Positions 21,236 to 35,580 of a stretch of 64,000 nt of DNA are shown here, piece after piece. The stretch is from Pseudogymnoascus verrucosus. Lineage: Eukaryota. Position numbers and translations under genes: made by a program. Position 1 is the first letter of the stretch. Each line of letters opens with the position of its first letter. The stretch is taken from the NCBI GenBank assembly GCA_001662655.1, contig KV460219.1, one strand, 5' to 3'. The notes under the pieces are model-generated. The model was given only the letters and a program-made list of their open reading frames with translations, searched no databases and had not been told where the DNA came from.

Positions 21236-23859
21236 CAGTGTTCCCCAAAATAGTATTAGTATTTGTGGTTTTCGAATAGTATTCGGCGCCGAGTAGTATT
21301 CGGGCAAAATTTGGGGTATTCGGCGAGTATTTGCCAAAGACTCGAATACTATTCGAGTCCTTGGCAAGCACGGCCCAGAACGCCAAGCAACGAAGATTTT
21401 TCCCTGCCCTCATAGATAGGTCCGTAGAAATAGATCTAAAGATAATATACCAATTGGTATTTCTACTAGAATGAGCGACTCTAAGCTATCAGCAATTCTA
21501 AGTGATGAAGATGAGGAAATTCAGCATCTACTACCCCCTTTTCAATTCGAGCCTTCGCCGTCGACAGCTCTACCATTACTACAAATACAGCCACAACTCC
21601 CAAATACCCAGTCACCCTTGTTCTTAAAGAATGTATTCAGTAGAACATTGTTAAGCACTAGCCCTACAACGATGAAGATTGTCTGTATGCAAAATGGCTG
21701 TAATTATAGGCTAAAACCGAAGCTTTTATCATGGAATATTACAAGTAATTTATAGAAGCATGTTGAAAACATGCATCCTAAGTTATACGAAGCTTTAAAA
21801 CCAGGAACTCTATTGCTACAGCGTGCTCAGAGTTCGTAGAGTCAGAGTTCGCAGGATTCACAGGGCGCTCAGAATATGAGAACTGCCCGAAGCACAACTA
21901 CCCTAAGCGCCCAAGCATTCTTTACTCCTCGAGTAGGAGGAAGCTTAGTTCTTGCCTCTTAATATAGAGAGTTATTACTTACATTTATTATATCTAATAA
22001 CTTACTAATGAGTCTAGTTAATCGGCCTTCATTTCGTCAGCTCATTCACCAGCTTAGCCCGTCAACGTTAGCTATATCAACAACCTCCTTAATGCGCGAT
22101 TTGCATAAGACATTCTGCAACCACCGTATGAAGCTATAAATTGAACTCTAGGCTTATATAGTAAAGGGCGGACGGTTGTCACTTACAACTAATTCATGGT
22201 CTGCAATGAATGGCGTAGAGCACGCTACAATAACTGTTCATTAGATAAATAACGAATGGGTTCACTAGCACTATGTTCTTGATATTATACATCTAAAAGA
22301 GCCCATTCATTCTAGTGAATATCTTATAGAGCAGCTTTAAGCTATTACGGACGACTTTAGTATTACAAATGGGGTCTTTACTGTTACTAGAGATAACGCA
22401 TCAAACAATACAGCAATGCTTGCAGAGTTTGAAATAAGGGCATGCACAAGTGCTATTTCTATACAGCAACCATAGAGCTTTATAGTAAAGGAAGGCGACG
22501 TTCGATGCATGGCACATATTATAAACCTTGTAGTTTAAGCAGCTTTAGCTATGTTAAAAGCTATACCGTTAGAGCAGATAGAATCGTATAGGCTTGAGCA
22601 AGGCGCTGCTTATACTTAAAGCTTCGTTCTAAATAGAGAAGAAGTGTCGACAGTTCTTATAAAACTACGCTAGCATATCTATGTCTTCTAGAACCGTCGA
22701 GCATGGAAAGATGCATTAAAAGTACAAGCAATTGCTATGGGTATTTAGGTGGTTTTAATGTCCCTTGACATGCCTGTACGATGGAACTCAACATATTATA
22801 TGCTCGAGAACGCTTTGAAGCTTAAGCAGCCGATTAATGCTATATGTGCTTTACAAACGATAGATTTAAGTATGTGTGATATTATCATCACATCAATAGA
22901 ATGGTAAGTGTTATATGGACTAAAGGCGTTCTTTAAGATATTCGTTAAACTAGCAGAGCAAGTTTAAGCTGATAATTATCTAACGTTGAACATTTGTATT
23001 CCATACTATCTACGGCTTTTAAATAAGCTTAAGGCAATGCAAAACGCTCCATCGACAATAGCTACAATTAGCGTAGCTTGTAAAGCGTCATATAATAAGC
23101 TTAATACTTATTATAACCTTGTGACAAATTAAGGCTCAAGCCACTCGTTAATTGCTACTATCTGCGACCTAAGATTCAACTTAAGTATATACGAATATTA
23201 TATGCTAGACAGTATAGACGCTATGAAACGAGATAGGGCAAGAGCACAGTTTGCAGCTTGTTATAACTGGTATAAAGACTGTGAGAACGATATACAAGTT
23301 GCTGCTATTAAAGCTACTATTGCTGCTGAAATAGAGCAGCCAACAGCTTAAAGAGAGCTTGATTCCGACGACGAGATGTATTAGCATCGTGGGCCTTCCA
23401 TTAAGGAAGTTGAGTGGCGGCGATGGTTTAAAGAGAATGGTGTCGACCGCAATACTAATATCCTCAAATATTGGCAGGCAAAGCAGTACTAATATCCAGT
23501 TATATCACGGGTTGCGCGGGACTATTTAGCAATTCTAGCCTCATCGGCAGCGTCAGAGCGTATATTTAGTGTCGGCGGTAATATAGTCACGAAGAAGAGG
23601 AATAGACTATTACCTTCTACTCTTCGATATCTACTCTGCCTACGGGATTGGGGGGTTGTGGGCGACGAAGAGGATTATAGCGAGTAGATAGTTATTATAT
23701 TCAATTCTTACTATACTACCTACAATTGAGCCTCATACTATTCGGCGAATACTATTTGACGAGTACTATAACTTCGTATGAGTATTCGCCGAATATTATC
23801 AGATCACGAGTATTCGGGCAAACCCCGAATACTATTCGAATACTATTTGGTGAACACTG
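21236..23859 (+). mobile_element. hAT-superfamily DNA transposon with both ends intact, 8-bp TSD TTACAGTC
   Basis: TIRs CAGTGTTCCCCAAAATAGTATT / CAGTGTTCACCAAATAGTATT; TTACAGTC at 21228-21235 and 23860-23867; subterminal GTATTCG/CGAATAC repeats at both ends. Confidence 0.96.
21471..23687 (+). pseudogene. hAT transposase, RIP-inactivated (start and stop in frame, about 738 codons)
   Basis: BED-like C..C..H..H, RDNASN, CMAHIINL, RWNST, YPVISRVARDYLAI.ASSAASERIFS dimerisation motif; multiple TAA/TAG stops. Confidence 0.92.
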
Positions 23860-24362
23860 TTACAGTCTTTAAAAACTGAGAATAGTAACAGACACAGAGA
23901 GCATCAGCAGACACATCAAGACACCCGTCCCAGGAGACCGCATTCATATAATGATCTTTCTTCAATTAACCCCCAAAACAAATGAATCGCTACCACAAAA
24001 ATGCCAATGATCTAATATACAAAATCTCAATCCAAACTCCATCCCCCCACTCACGACCCCTATATCCACCCCCACTCCCCAAGGTCATGATTCCCCCCCT
24101 TTCTAAAGTGTCATCTCTCTTAAAAAAAAAAAAGAACATAGCAACGCGCTATATATTCTGTAAAGTGGGTATGTCAAAAATGAAAATGAAAAAGATATGT
24201 CTAACACCGCTTTGTAAAGAGTCCGCCTTCCCTTCATCGGTGGTGGTGGCGTCAGTGCGACCCGCAGGACACACACACGCAGGGTATTTTGTAGTAATAT
24301 AATATCATAGATACAGCGTCGCCTCCGCGTCGCATCGCTTTTTGCCAAGCCATCATCCATTA

Positions 24363-27300
24363 TCACTTCCGGCTCTGCACCGGCGTAACCGAATAATGAC
24401 TACTCTCCATCCTCGTCAGCATCGCCGCGGACGTCAAATCTTGACTCTGCTCGAAACTGGGCCTGAGCTGATCCATCGACGCGCGAATACGATCATACGA
24501 CGGCCTCGGGCGATCCATCGACATTCTCGGCGCGAGCGCCGGCTCGAGGCTCTGGCGGTGGTGGTGGGTGAAATCAGTGGCGTTGCTGCCGACGCGGCTG
24601 CGGCCGGTGGCGGTGACGGTGGTGGGGGCAACTGAGGGTGGGTAAATTGGCCTTAGGTCTTCGCTCAGGTAGTGGGTATGCTTACTCGGCTTTGCGACGA
24701 TACCTGATGAACCAGTTGAGGATGAGGAGCCGGCGTCCTTGTCGGACTTGCCGAACTTGCCCGCCTTCTTGCTGGGCTTGGCTTCGGTGGTAGGGGGATC
24801 GAGGTGGGCGAATTTGCCCATGAGGACTTGCTCGCGGATGACGTCGACGTCGTAGGGGAAGTAGGCCTTTTGAACGAATTTGATGCAGAATCGGGGGAGG
24901 AGGGAGATGATGACTGAGAGGGCGGTGACGGCCCAGAAGGTGGCTTGGCCGAAGACTTGGGGCGCGGCTTCGTAGAAGAAGGAGGCCGAAGTGAAGGCCG
25001 AGTAGACGCCTGTCCAGAAGAAGATTAATAGGATGCTGATTACCACGATGAGACCCATCAGCCAGTCCCAGCGGTAGCTGTTCATGAGGATGTAGATGTT
25101 GATCACGATGACGGCGGCGGTTCCGACGTACACGCCGAAGCGGTCTTTGTCGTCGAGGACGAGGCCGTTGCCAGTGACGATGTTGCCACCACGGAACTGG
25201 AGGTAGGCCATGAAGAAGCAGATTACGGAGCCGAAGAAACCGTCAAGCATGTACAGCCTTGAGCTCTATTAGTAAGGGGTGTATAAATTGCACGGGGTAA
25301 TACTTACCAGAATTTCCTCTGCGTCCATTCCTTGCGCTCTATTCCACGTCGGTAGAGCTGTGGCACTTCCAGCGAGACCTTGTCACTGACGTCCTGGTCC
25401 AACACACCCATCAAAATGACAGCCAGAGAAGTGAAGGCCAAGTTGAAGAGGGTGATGTATGTGATGTGGTATAAATAGCTGATATCGAAGTCGCAAAAGA
25501 TCTGGTACCAGAACAGCGAGAACGTCCACACAATATTCTTGTAGAAGAAGTTCGCAATCGTCTCTCCCAACCTACGATACGACCAGCGGCCGTGAACGAG
25601 GACAAGCCTCTGCAAGTAACGGAATTGCCCAATAGCGTAATCAGACGACATGACGGCTTGACGACCCTCCTCTCCTGCAATACCAACGCCAATATCGGCC
25701 TTTTGGATCATAGCAACATCGTTGGCTCCGTCACCAATAGACAGCGTGATGACGTCCAGGCCAAGTTTGACCATAGACACGACAGCGGCTTTCTGCGCGG
25801 GACTGACACGGCAGCAGAGAACAGATTTGCACTGCTTGCAGAGGAGCAGGAATTTCTGTCGTAGCTGATCATCCAGGACGAGTTTGAGGGAGTCTCCATC
25901 AATGACGATGGCGTGCGTTGGTGCAGGGGGTTCGTGGTTCTTCTTGGCGGCCTTGAGTTCTTCGTCAGAGCCTGTAATACCGAACGACGCGAGGTGCTTG
26001 TCGAGCTCTGCCTCAGCTGTAGACAACTGCTCGTCCTCAAACTTGAACACGATAAGCTCCATGTCGTTGTTCAGGAGGTTACACGAGAATCCAATATTAA
26101 TAGCAGTCTCCACCTTATCACCCGTGAGGACCCAAAGCTTAATACCCGCATTAGCAAGGAGCGCAATAGTATCAGGCACACCCTCCTGCAGCCTATCTTC
26201 AATAGCCGTGCCACCCAACAGTGTCAAATCACGCTCTATCGAATCCGCCACCGCCTCCATCTTATCCTCACGATTCGTAATCGCAAATGAGGCAACCTCG
26301 TACTCCTGGTTCCACCTGCTATACTCGGCCGGATCGAGCTCTCTCTCCGCAATACACAGAGTCCTCAACCCCTCTCTCGCGAACATCTCCAGATGCTCTG
26401 CCGTCTCCCTGCGCAGCTCGGGTTGCTCGCCGCGCTTGAGACGGGAGTAGATCATGCTATCTGCGCCCTTGCAGAAGAGCACAATTTTTCCGTCGGGCAT
26501 CTCGATGATAGCGCTCATACGCTTACGTGTGGAGTTGAACTCCAGGGTGTTTAGGATCTTGTAGGATCTCTCCTCTCCCTGGACGTTAAGACGGATCCCA
26601 TCCATGGAATTCCCAAGAACGGTGTACCCGACATCTCTCGCGGTAGCAACCAGGGCCGCCTCATCAGGCGACTGGGCCTTGAACTCGATGCGGGGAGGAT
26701 CTCCGGGGGTGGTCTCGGAGATGACAGTATGGCAAAGGGCGAGGGCGAGCATGAATTTCTCGCAGGCAAGTTGTTGCTCCCTGGTAGATTCGCCAGCTAG
26801 ATCGGTGACGAAATCAGGTGCGATGAAGGTCAGTTCGTCGTCGTGGAGGTAGGGGTTGTTGTGTAGTTTGCGGAGTCCAGCCAACATCCTCTTTCGTGCG
26901 TCTTCGATTTCAGCACGCACTCTCTCACCCTCTTTCGCAACATCGATACCCTGCCTCTTCTGCATGCCGGCCTGGGCCTCGGTGTACGCTTCTCCGTAGG
27001 GGTGGCCGTTGATAGTAGCCTTCTTGAACTCCATCACGTTCTGGGTCAGCGTACCCGTCTTGTCGGAGAAGATATATTCGATTTGTCCGAGATCATCTGA
27101 GATATTCCAAGATTTAGGTGTGCAAGGATAGTCGAGCCTCTCGTAGTACATCTCGGTGTCGCTGTAAATGAAGAACGCCTGTAGCGTCTTGATAATCTCC
27201 AGCGAAATGTATAAAGAAATAGGAACCAAATTCTGGAAATGGATGAGCGCCGCAAAGAAAGTGATGAATCCATTCGTCCCTGGCGAACCTCCAATAGAGC

Positions 27301-29009
27301 CGAACTCGAAATGCTTAATACTCGTCCCATCCTTGCTAAACGCCACACCCTCCACCAACGCCGCAATCAAGCACATAAAGAACAGGATGCCGAAATTGTA
27401 AACAACGTTCCAGTTGAGCTCGCGCGTAATGCGAGAGCGCTTGCTTGGCGTGAATCCGGAGTTGATCATGATCTTGGTGTCGAAACCGGTGAAGACTACC
27501 ACCGCGAGGACCCATTCGGTATTCCTCAAGTTGCAGCCTCTAAGCAGCATATTGTTGATGCCAATCGGCTCGACCATGGGCTCGCCCATGGAATCGGGGT
27601 TCTTCTCGTTGTACTGTGTCCAGCGCGCCGCGGCGCTGTACTGGTAGAGGTTGGCGTGCGGCGGCTCGCTCTCGATGACGAACTCGGTTCTCTCGCAGTC
27701 GCGAGCGTGTCTGATCTGCTTCCCGCTTTGGAGAGCGTGCCTCACCTTCAGATTTGTCTCTCCGTCCAAGTTCTTGGTCTCGACGTAACATGCGCCATCT
27801 GGGTCGGAAGTCGACAGGATAACCACGTCTGCGGGTAATTGATCGTCGTTGTAGATACGCACGAAATCACCGACTTGGACGTTCTTCCAGTAATCTTTGT
27901 GGAAACGAGCCTTGCCCGAAGCTGGTCTGTTGGGGTTGATCAGGCTGCCGAAGTTCTTCCTCTGCGGTGGAGTCTGTCCCTCAAATGACATTGCTGTGGT
28001 TGGACGCTCATCCGAAGACGGAACAGCCAGGCCTGCCTCCCTAGGTAAAGGTGAGGGAACTGGCGTCATCTGAATATCCTCACCCGCATCGGCATACGAT
28101 ACGCGCTTGTCACTACGTGTCGAGTAGGTAGACGCTCTCCTCGTGGCAATAGTTTCGAAAGACCCTCTCGGCGCAGCCGGCTTGTCTTCTTCATCTGATT
28201 CCTTCTTCTTCGCCCAGAGGGCTGATATCGCCTTCCACACAGCCGATATGAATCGGGTCGTGGCCTTCTTTATTCTCCTCCACAGCGACACATCGTCGGT
28301 GTCCACATTCACATTATTCCACTCGACTAGGCGGTGTACCGCCGAGTTGTTCAATTCATCGTCGAGATTCGACCGCCTGTAATCTTCAACTCCATCCTTG
28401 ATCGCCGTGACGAACACAATAACAATCAGCGGCGCCGCATTAAGTCCCGGATCCGTCGCGCCAAAGATGGTGAAAATCTGCCTTGCTTAGCTGAGAGTTA
28501 AAAAGACACTCGTTCGTATAAAAACTTACTGTTAAAATAATCAAGATAAAAAAGTAAACATTCGCAATATTGTGAAATTGCAGCCAAATATTTTTCGGCA
28601 GGAAACTCAACGGCGTATACTTCGCCGTCCGGATCTTATTCCTGGGATACGTCGTCGCGGGCGATCCGTCCTCGTCTAGCGCATCCGGCGGCAGCGGGAT
28701 GTTGAAGTGCACCTTCCTCTGACCTTCGCCCTCCCCCTGTGTCTCGGCCTCCTCAGGGTCCTCCCTCATATCCCCATTATCCCCGCCTACGCTCGTAGTA
28801 TCGCTCACGCCCGACTCCCTTTTCTTCTCCATCCGCGACGGCCGGCGGTTCAGACGATCCAATATCGACCCCCGCGTGCGATTCGCCTGCTTCCCCTTCT
28901 TGTGCTGTGTCGCCCATCTCAATCGCTTCGTGGGTACCGGTGCCAGCGGTGGCATGGGCGGCTCAGCAGGTAGCGCGGCCTCAAGGTCTGCGGCGGCGTC
29001 GGTGGCCAT
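24363..29009 (-). CDS. DNF1: P4-type ATPase phospholipid flippase (Dnf1/Dnf2-like); introns about 28478-28529 and 25258-25307
   Basis: NKIRTAKYTP, DGET, DKTGTLT, QSPDE, TGDK, GDGAND motifs across three exons. Confidence 0.95.
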
Positions 29010-30390
29010 GGTGACGGGTTGGCGGCGACGTCGAGACCGGGGCAACGAATCCTCGTCGTCGTCGTCGTCTAGAAGGTGGTCGACGAAAGGGAGGAGGAGG
29101 AGGAGGTGACAGCGAGGCCGTTTGGAAGCGTCAGCCGAAAGAGCATTCGGACGGCCGTGGATCTTGTCCCTACTTAGACCTTAGCATTTTGGGGCGAATG
29201 GAATTGATTCGCGACGCCGGAACAGCCGGGGCAGGGCGCGTTTGTCAGCGCCACATTTGCAATTATGCAGTACTAATACGGTACTATACACTACATAACC
29301 CCGTTCTTTATTATTCATACGAGCCGAGGACTTAAATTACTCGTAACCGCACCGGATTGGACTGTAGCGCACTGTTTAGACTGTTACTGGGCGCTGCTAC
29401 TGGACTGTTTGGGCTGTTACTGGGCTGTTTAGACTCCTTCTGTACCCTTTTTCCTGCTGATTAACTTAACCCGTGCACGCCACAACGCTTTCAAACGCTT
29501 TCAAATGGTACAATCAGCAGCCAAAAATTGGTTTCGGAGAGAGATTTGCGTTACAGGTGTCAGCCCTGCGCTGGGATAGCTGAGATGAGTGAGATGGCTG
29601 AGATGGCTGAGATTTGGTGGTACGCAACACAGCACTTACGGAGGAGTACAGCACTTACGGAGTATTCAACCCTGCCGTGGCTTAGACATGCGATGATAAT
29701 ATGCGTGTATGCGAATAATGCTGTGTAATGTATGTATGTCCTCTATTCTTACAGTATAGTATGTATGAAGAAGGCTTTGTTCTCTTTGTTCTCTCTTTAT
29801 TCTCGATATTCCCCCCATGTACTATCCATGTACCACGCCCCCCATCCCTACATAAGCAACGGCGTGAATCATGCTTCCTGCATAAAGAAGGGATATGCGG
29901 TTTGGCCCGCTAGATATTTTTTAATGTGGGGTACAGTTTAGAAAAGAGACTGCTAACGAAGGGACTATGAAGGGACTATGAAGGGACTAAATAACGTGAC
30001 TATTTTGGTTCAGGGACTGCCCAGGAACTGCCCAGGGACTGCCTAGGGACTGCAAATTAGACCCGCCGTTAGTGAGAAGTAGGTTAGGAGTACACGAGGA
30101 GTACATGACGACTAAAACACGATATCACACGTTACTATATAAATGCATAAATTTCACTCTTGGGGATTGTGATGGATTAGGTTACTATATCATTTCAGTG
30201 TTTGGGATTTGTGATGGTAGGACTCATTTGGCTGGAGGCTGGATGTTTAGCTGTAGCCTGGATATTTAGCTGCAGGTTGGAAATTTAGTTGCAGGCTGGA
30301 GCCTGGACTTTAACACGACTTCACATCAGCTATATCGTCTATAACATACTACAAATCTCACATATCCCATTACAGCGACATAAAAACTAA

Positions 30391-31439
30391 ATGCCGTCCG
30401 GCCCCCGAGATGGCCTCCGCGCCGCCGTATCTCCGGAGATTATGGCCACCGAGACCACCGAAGAAGCCGCCCCTCCCGCGCACGCCACTATCGATATCCG
30501 TGGTACCGCAACACCACTAGACCCTTCATCCCCCAACCCTCACTCCGGGAGAAATCCAAACCCAAAGCCCGGCGCTAATCCTCCCCTGCTGAACCTCCCG
30601 CCCGAGATCCGACATCAGATCTGGGCCGAAATCCTCAGTGGCAATACCATCCACCTCGAGGTCGAAAGGGGTTCTCTACGCGGCACAAAATGCATAGCCC
30701 GAGACCCGAGTAAATGCCATGACGCCCCCTTCACTCGCGGATGTCAAGCATCACGGGATCTAGAAAGGAGCCAGAAGACGAAGCCAGCAGCGGGGGGGAA
30801 GCTAAACCTTCTACCCCTCTTACTGACCTGTAAGCTAATGTATGTATGCACCATCTTCTTTCTCGCCCACATCCGCCCCCGCCCCCGAATGCGAGCTTAA
30901 CAGCAGCACCTAGATACACCGAAGCAATCACCCTCATCTACACCACCAACACCTTCACCCTCCTCAACCTCAGCACCCTCCACTCCCTCCCCCTCCTCCT
31001 CCCCTCCCACCTCCACAGCATCCGCACCCTCCTCCTCATCACCGGCATCTCCCCCGGCACAAACCACTCCATCCTCCCTCCCCGCCGCCATCCCGGCTCG
31101 GTCCTCGAGCTCGACGACGACTACGTGGCCGAGTGGGCGGTAGTATGGCGGATGCTAGCTAGTATGCAGGGGCTGCGGGCGCTAGATGTGGAGTTTGTGC
31201 CTGTTAATCATGCGGGTTTCTTCTCACGCAGGGAGAGTAGCGAGATGGTGCTGGAGAAGGTGGGGGGAGGGGAGGGGGGGAGGGCGAGTATTCATCTCCC
31301 GAGGAGGAGGGGCTTGTGGTGGAGGTCGACGGTGGCGAGGTCAGCGTTGGCGGCGTTGGAGGGGGTTTACGGGGGTGGTGGGGTGGAGGGGCCGGTTGGG
31401 GATGTGGCGGGGTGGGCGGAGGAGGGTGGTGAGATGTAG
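30391..31439 (+). CDS. fungal hypothetical protein with F-box-like LLNLPPEIR motif; intron 30840-30913
   Basis: LLNLPPEIRHQIWAEIL...LLLTCKLM|YTEAITLIYTTNTF joined across GTATGT...TAG. Confidence 0.65.
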
Positions 31440-31760
31440 AGAGGGGTGTTGGGTTGACGTGAAGTTGGTCCGGGGTTATGTCAATAGGCGTTAGATAGCT
31501 TGAAGCGGGGTAGCTAGGTGGAGGCGTATGGTGTGTGGATATATGATAATGGTGACATAGATCGATCTGGACAAGGCGTCGTGGAGTTTTTATCGGAGCC
31601 GGGTGTGGATTTTAGAAGGCCGCTGGACGTGGGAAGTTTTTAGAAGGGCCGGATGGAGGAGCCTAGATTTATTGACAACGGGAGAAGTTGTTGAAGTCTG
31701 TTCTTTTTCTATATATATTCATGGTTATAGCACCTATCATGTCCAACTGGCCATTCTAAC

Positions 31761-32915
31761 TTATTGCCCAAGGATAGCAGACCAATCCTCCTTCTTCATA
31801 TATTCCTCAAGACTCGTCATAGGGCAGTCAATCCCAGCCTATATATCAAGTCAATAACAATCCCAGAATAAGAAATAGGTCGAAAACTTCCTTACCTTCC
31901 TAATATCTTCCGCCCTCAAAAGCGTCTCATCACCCCCATCATACCCCGGATCCGAAGAGTAGGCAAACATATCCCCCGCCTCCGCACCAAACTCCTTATC
32001 CGGAACCATCTCAATGAACTGCTCGAGCGTGACCTCCTTGTATGCCGCAGATACCCCAGTCTCATTACTCCACAGCCTAATAAATTCACTCCAGCTGCAT
32101 TCGGTTCCTGCCGCCATGTAGCTCTTCCCAGGCGGCATTTGGGAGACGGCGTAAACGAAATTCCCCATATCGGCGTTGACAGCGAGATGAGGAACCGATG
32201 CATTTGGCGCGGTTGGGAAACTCATTTGGAAAGTCCCATCAGATTGCTAAGATGCCATCCATCAGTCAGTCTCGATATCCCAACTCACCTCCTGCTCCTC
32301 CCAACCCAGGAAATTGAAAACTCTCACCTTCCCAAGATACGCATCCGGCAACAGCTTATAACTCGACATAAAATACCCCGTCTGCACACACGACATCTTT
32401 CCCCCCAACTCCCCCCACCTCTCCCCCACATACCCCGGAAACACCTCCGCCTTCCCATCAAAATGATACAACTCCCCGAACGCCCCCCCACTACACACCC
32501 CCGCATGACTCAGCGTCGAAGCAATAAACCCATTCTCCCCCAACGTCTCCACCGTCCTCACCGCTGCATCAGCAATATTCCTCCCCTGCCTTACCTCGAC
32601 TTCATACGCGTACTTTCTGCACCCGATACCCAGCTCGGCGGCTTTGGAGCGGCAGTCGGGCCGGAAAAAAGGCTCCCAGTAGTTCGTGACGCTGAAGATG
32701 AGGTGGGCGCCTGCGAAGGCGGGGATGAGGGTGTCTACATCGTCCAGGTCGCCGAAGACGATTTCGACGCCGAGGGAGGAGAGGGACTGGGCTGCAGGGG
32801 AGGCGGGGTTGCGTGTGATGCCGCGGACGCGGTAGGTGGGGTCGAGGAGGAAGCGGCGGGCGACGGAGCCGCCTTGGTTGCCGGTTATACCGATGATGCA
32901 GATTAGTTTTGTCAT
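31761..32915 (-). CDS. NmrA-like atypical SDR family protein; introns about 32246-32327 and 31839-31895
   Basis: IIGITGNQGGSVA Rossmann motif, RGITRNP, GDLDD, HFDGKAEV; last exon AGIDCPMTSLEEYMKKEDWSAILGQ. Confidence 0.88.
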
Positions 32916-33523
32916 TTCTCTAGGTAGGGGGTTTGCAAGAAACTTAATCTATGTATGAGGTTTGGGGATTGAGGGGTCATTGATGCTGGTGGGGCTCGAT
33001 TTCATATAATCTGCTTAGTAAGTGTGCATTGCATGGGAAGATTGAAGATACTCTACTCTATTCAAGTAGAGAAAATTTGGAAGTCTGAGCTCTTTAGGAA
33101 GGAACGATCAGCTAAAGTAGAGAAGGCATGAACGTAGGGAAGATACGAAGTAGTGAATAAGGAAAGAACGACGGGTTGTTGAAGAAGAGGAAGGAACAAC
33201 TAGCTGGTAACGGAAATAACGACCTACCAGAGTAAAGGGGAAGGAACGGTGATCAAGGGAAGGAAAGAGCGATTGGCCCAGTAACTAATAGCAAGTGAAG
33301 AGCGGAATGCTCTTTTTGAAACTATAGGGTTGTAGCAAGCCTCTGAGGATTAACGACGCAATAGCTGGCGATCAGAGTCTGATATATCACACGAACGACC
33401 CTGACACAGACAGACACGCGCATAGTAATATGTAATACCAACACTGCTTTAATCAACTCCCCACAAACTATCTATCCCCAACTCCAAAAACTCCCCCTCC
33501 ATCTGCCCTCCAATCCCATCCAC

Positions 33524-35005
33524 TCACTGCCCTCCCCTCGCACTCCCCACCTTCTCCATCTCCCTCACATACGCCTCCCACGTCTCAATCGCCTCCCCAT
33601 AAAACCCCACATGCGCATCCGCCAACGCCCCAAACTGCGTCTTAAACTCGATCCTCTTAATCCTCTCAAAGTCCGCCACCTCCCTAATAACCTCCTCATC
33701 AAACGCCTCCGTCATCCTCTTCGCCCCCTCCACCGCAGCAGTCAACTCCTCGATCTTCAGCTCCGCCTCGCGCACCCTCTTCCGCCTCGCCTGCTCGTGG
33801 TCCACGCCTCGCACATCCTCGAGTTTGGAGCGTAAAAAGCCGCCGGGGCCGCTGGAAGCGCCGTGCGAGCCGGCGAGGCGGTCGCGTTGTTGCGTTGTGT
33901 CGGCGAGGAGGAGGGCGGTTTGCTCGAAGTCGACTTGTTTTGTGTCGCGCAACTTTAGGAGGGCTTTGACGGCTGTGCTGTAGGATTGCATGTCGCGCAG
34001 GCTGCCGAGGTAGTCGTGATCCGTCTTATCCTTGAGAATCTTCATCTCGGCAGAGGTATCCTCGATACTCGCCGTGAAAGCATGAACCGGCCCTTCGACG
34101 CCAGGCTCGAGGGTAATAAGCTTCTGGAAATTCTCGCCCAGCTCGTGGAAATCCTTAGCCAGCTCATCCTCGCGGCGCGCTACGCGCACGACGACTTTCT
34201 CAATATGGCCCAGGTCCTCGTCCAGCTTATCCGACTTCTCGCGCACCTCGATGAAGCGGCGGTCCGGCTTATGGACTTTAGTAAACGCATTAATGAAAGT
34301 CTCCGTAATCCCATCAAAGACCCCCGATCCCTGATCCCCATTCGACGGGGTCCTATTCGGGCGTCCCCTCATCGTAGCATTCCAGTCCTGGCTCTCGAGG
34401 AAGATAATAAGGAGCGCTGAGCGGCGCAGGACGGGATGCAGAGTCAGTCGGCGCAGGAAGCGCTTCAGCGAGTTTGTGCGGCGCTGCATGAATTCCGTGC
34501 TGAATCGGTCGCCTGTGACGTACATCATGCTGTGCTTGTCTGGCAGAGGCGGGACTGCACATTGCGGGTATTCCGCGAAGAGGGTGTTATACAGGAAGAC
34601 AAAATCTGTGAATCGTCTTCGCACGGATGTTGTTGGCTTTTGGAAGGATGGGAAATCGGTCTAGATCCTGTCAGCTTCGCCCTCTTCCTCTTTCCTCTTC
34701 CCCTCCAATGTAGGGCGCGGGGGGATACACACATTAGTAGTAACAAGATAAGAAACATAAGAATCCTTCGACCCATCGCCCTCCTTCAGCGGCGCCGTAA
34801 CCGTACACTCAAGAGTCCCATTCCCAATACCCGCATTATCCAACGGATCCGCCCGCGGCGTCTCCTCCATCCCATCCGCTATCCTATCAGCGTGACTAGG
34901 CTGCGCTTCTCCCGCCGCAGCCCTCGAACTCGATCCTGCAGCGCCCTCCGTATTCCCCCTCGGCGGCGACTGCCATGAGACGTCCGCGAAGTCGTCGTTC
35001 TCCAT
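33524..35005 (-). CDS. SNX4: sorting nexin-4 (PX-BAR); intron 34661-34732
   Basis: SYVSYLVTT|..VRRRFTDFVFL, VPPLPDK PX motifs; C-terminal BAR coiled coil. Confidence 0.93.
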
Positions 35006-35580
35006 CGCACCGGGATTGGCGGGGTTGGTCGGCGAAGAGATGCGAAACCACTATGACCTAGCCAAGTTCGTGGAGTGGAATTGCGTAGGTTAGTATATCA
35101 ATGCTTCGTGGGAGTTTAGAAGTAGTGGGATTGATATCACAGCTTCGTGAGTTGTCGAGGTAGTGTTAATAATCCGATTTTGTGGTTTTGGGAGCCTGAT
35201 GGTGACAGGGGCGCGTCATCAGAAGCGGATGCGCAACCTGGATCGGTCAGGTCCCACCAAGGCAGAGATGGGAGCTTGTAGCCGCGATGCACGTGACATA
35301 TCGATCACAATTTTAGTCAACGAAAAAGGGATCAGTGGATATTAAACGTCTTTTGATATTTTTATGTTTTTATCACATTCTCGCAGTTTCACGAGCTACC
35401 CCCCTACTATTTTACAAAAAAAAGTTAATTCTAAAACATCTAATGGTGAAGTGGACCCATTTCTATAGTAGTGTACATCCGTCCCTATGCCCACAATGTG
35501 TACCCCCATCCAGCAGCGCCTGGAGACCTAATCATGCCATACAAACGAAATGTGAAAGGCGCAAAGTAGCAACCCTTTAA

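Noticed and set aside
25411..28382. Many overlapping ORFs within the flippase, and likewise within SNX4, MDM38, ADH and Bud14
   Set aside because: Antisense or alternate-frame shadows of GC-rich coding sequence with no motifs.
29340..30060. Short tandem motifs (GACTGTT, GCTGAGATG, GGGACTATGAA)
   Set aside because: Two to five degenerate copies each in an intergenic region; no boundaries or TSD to support an element.
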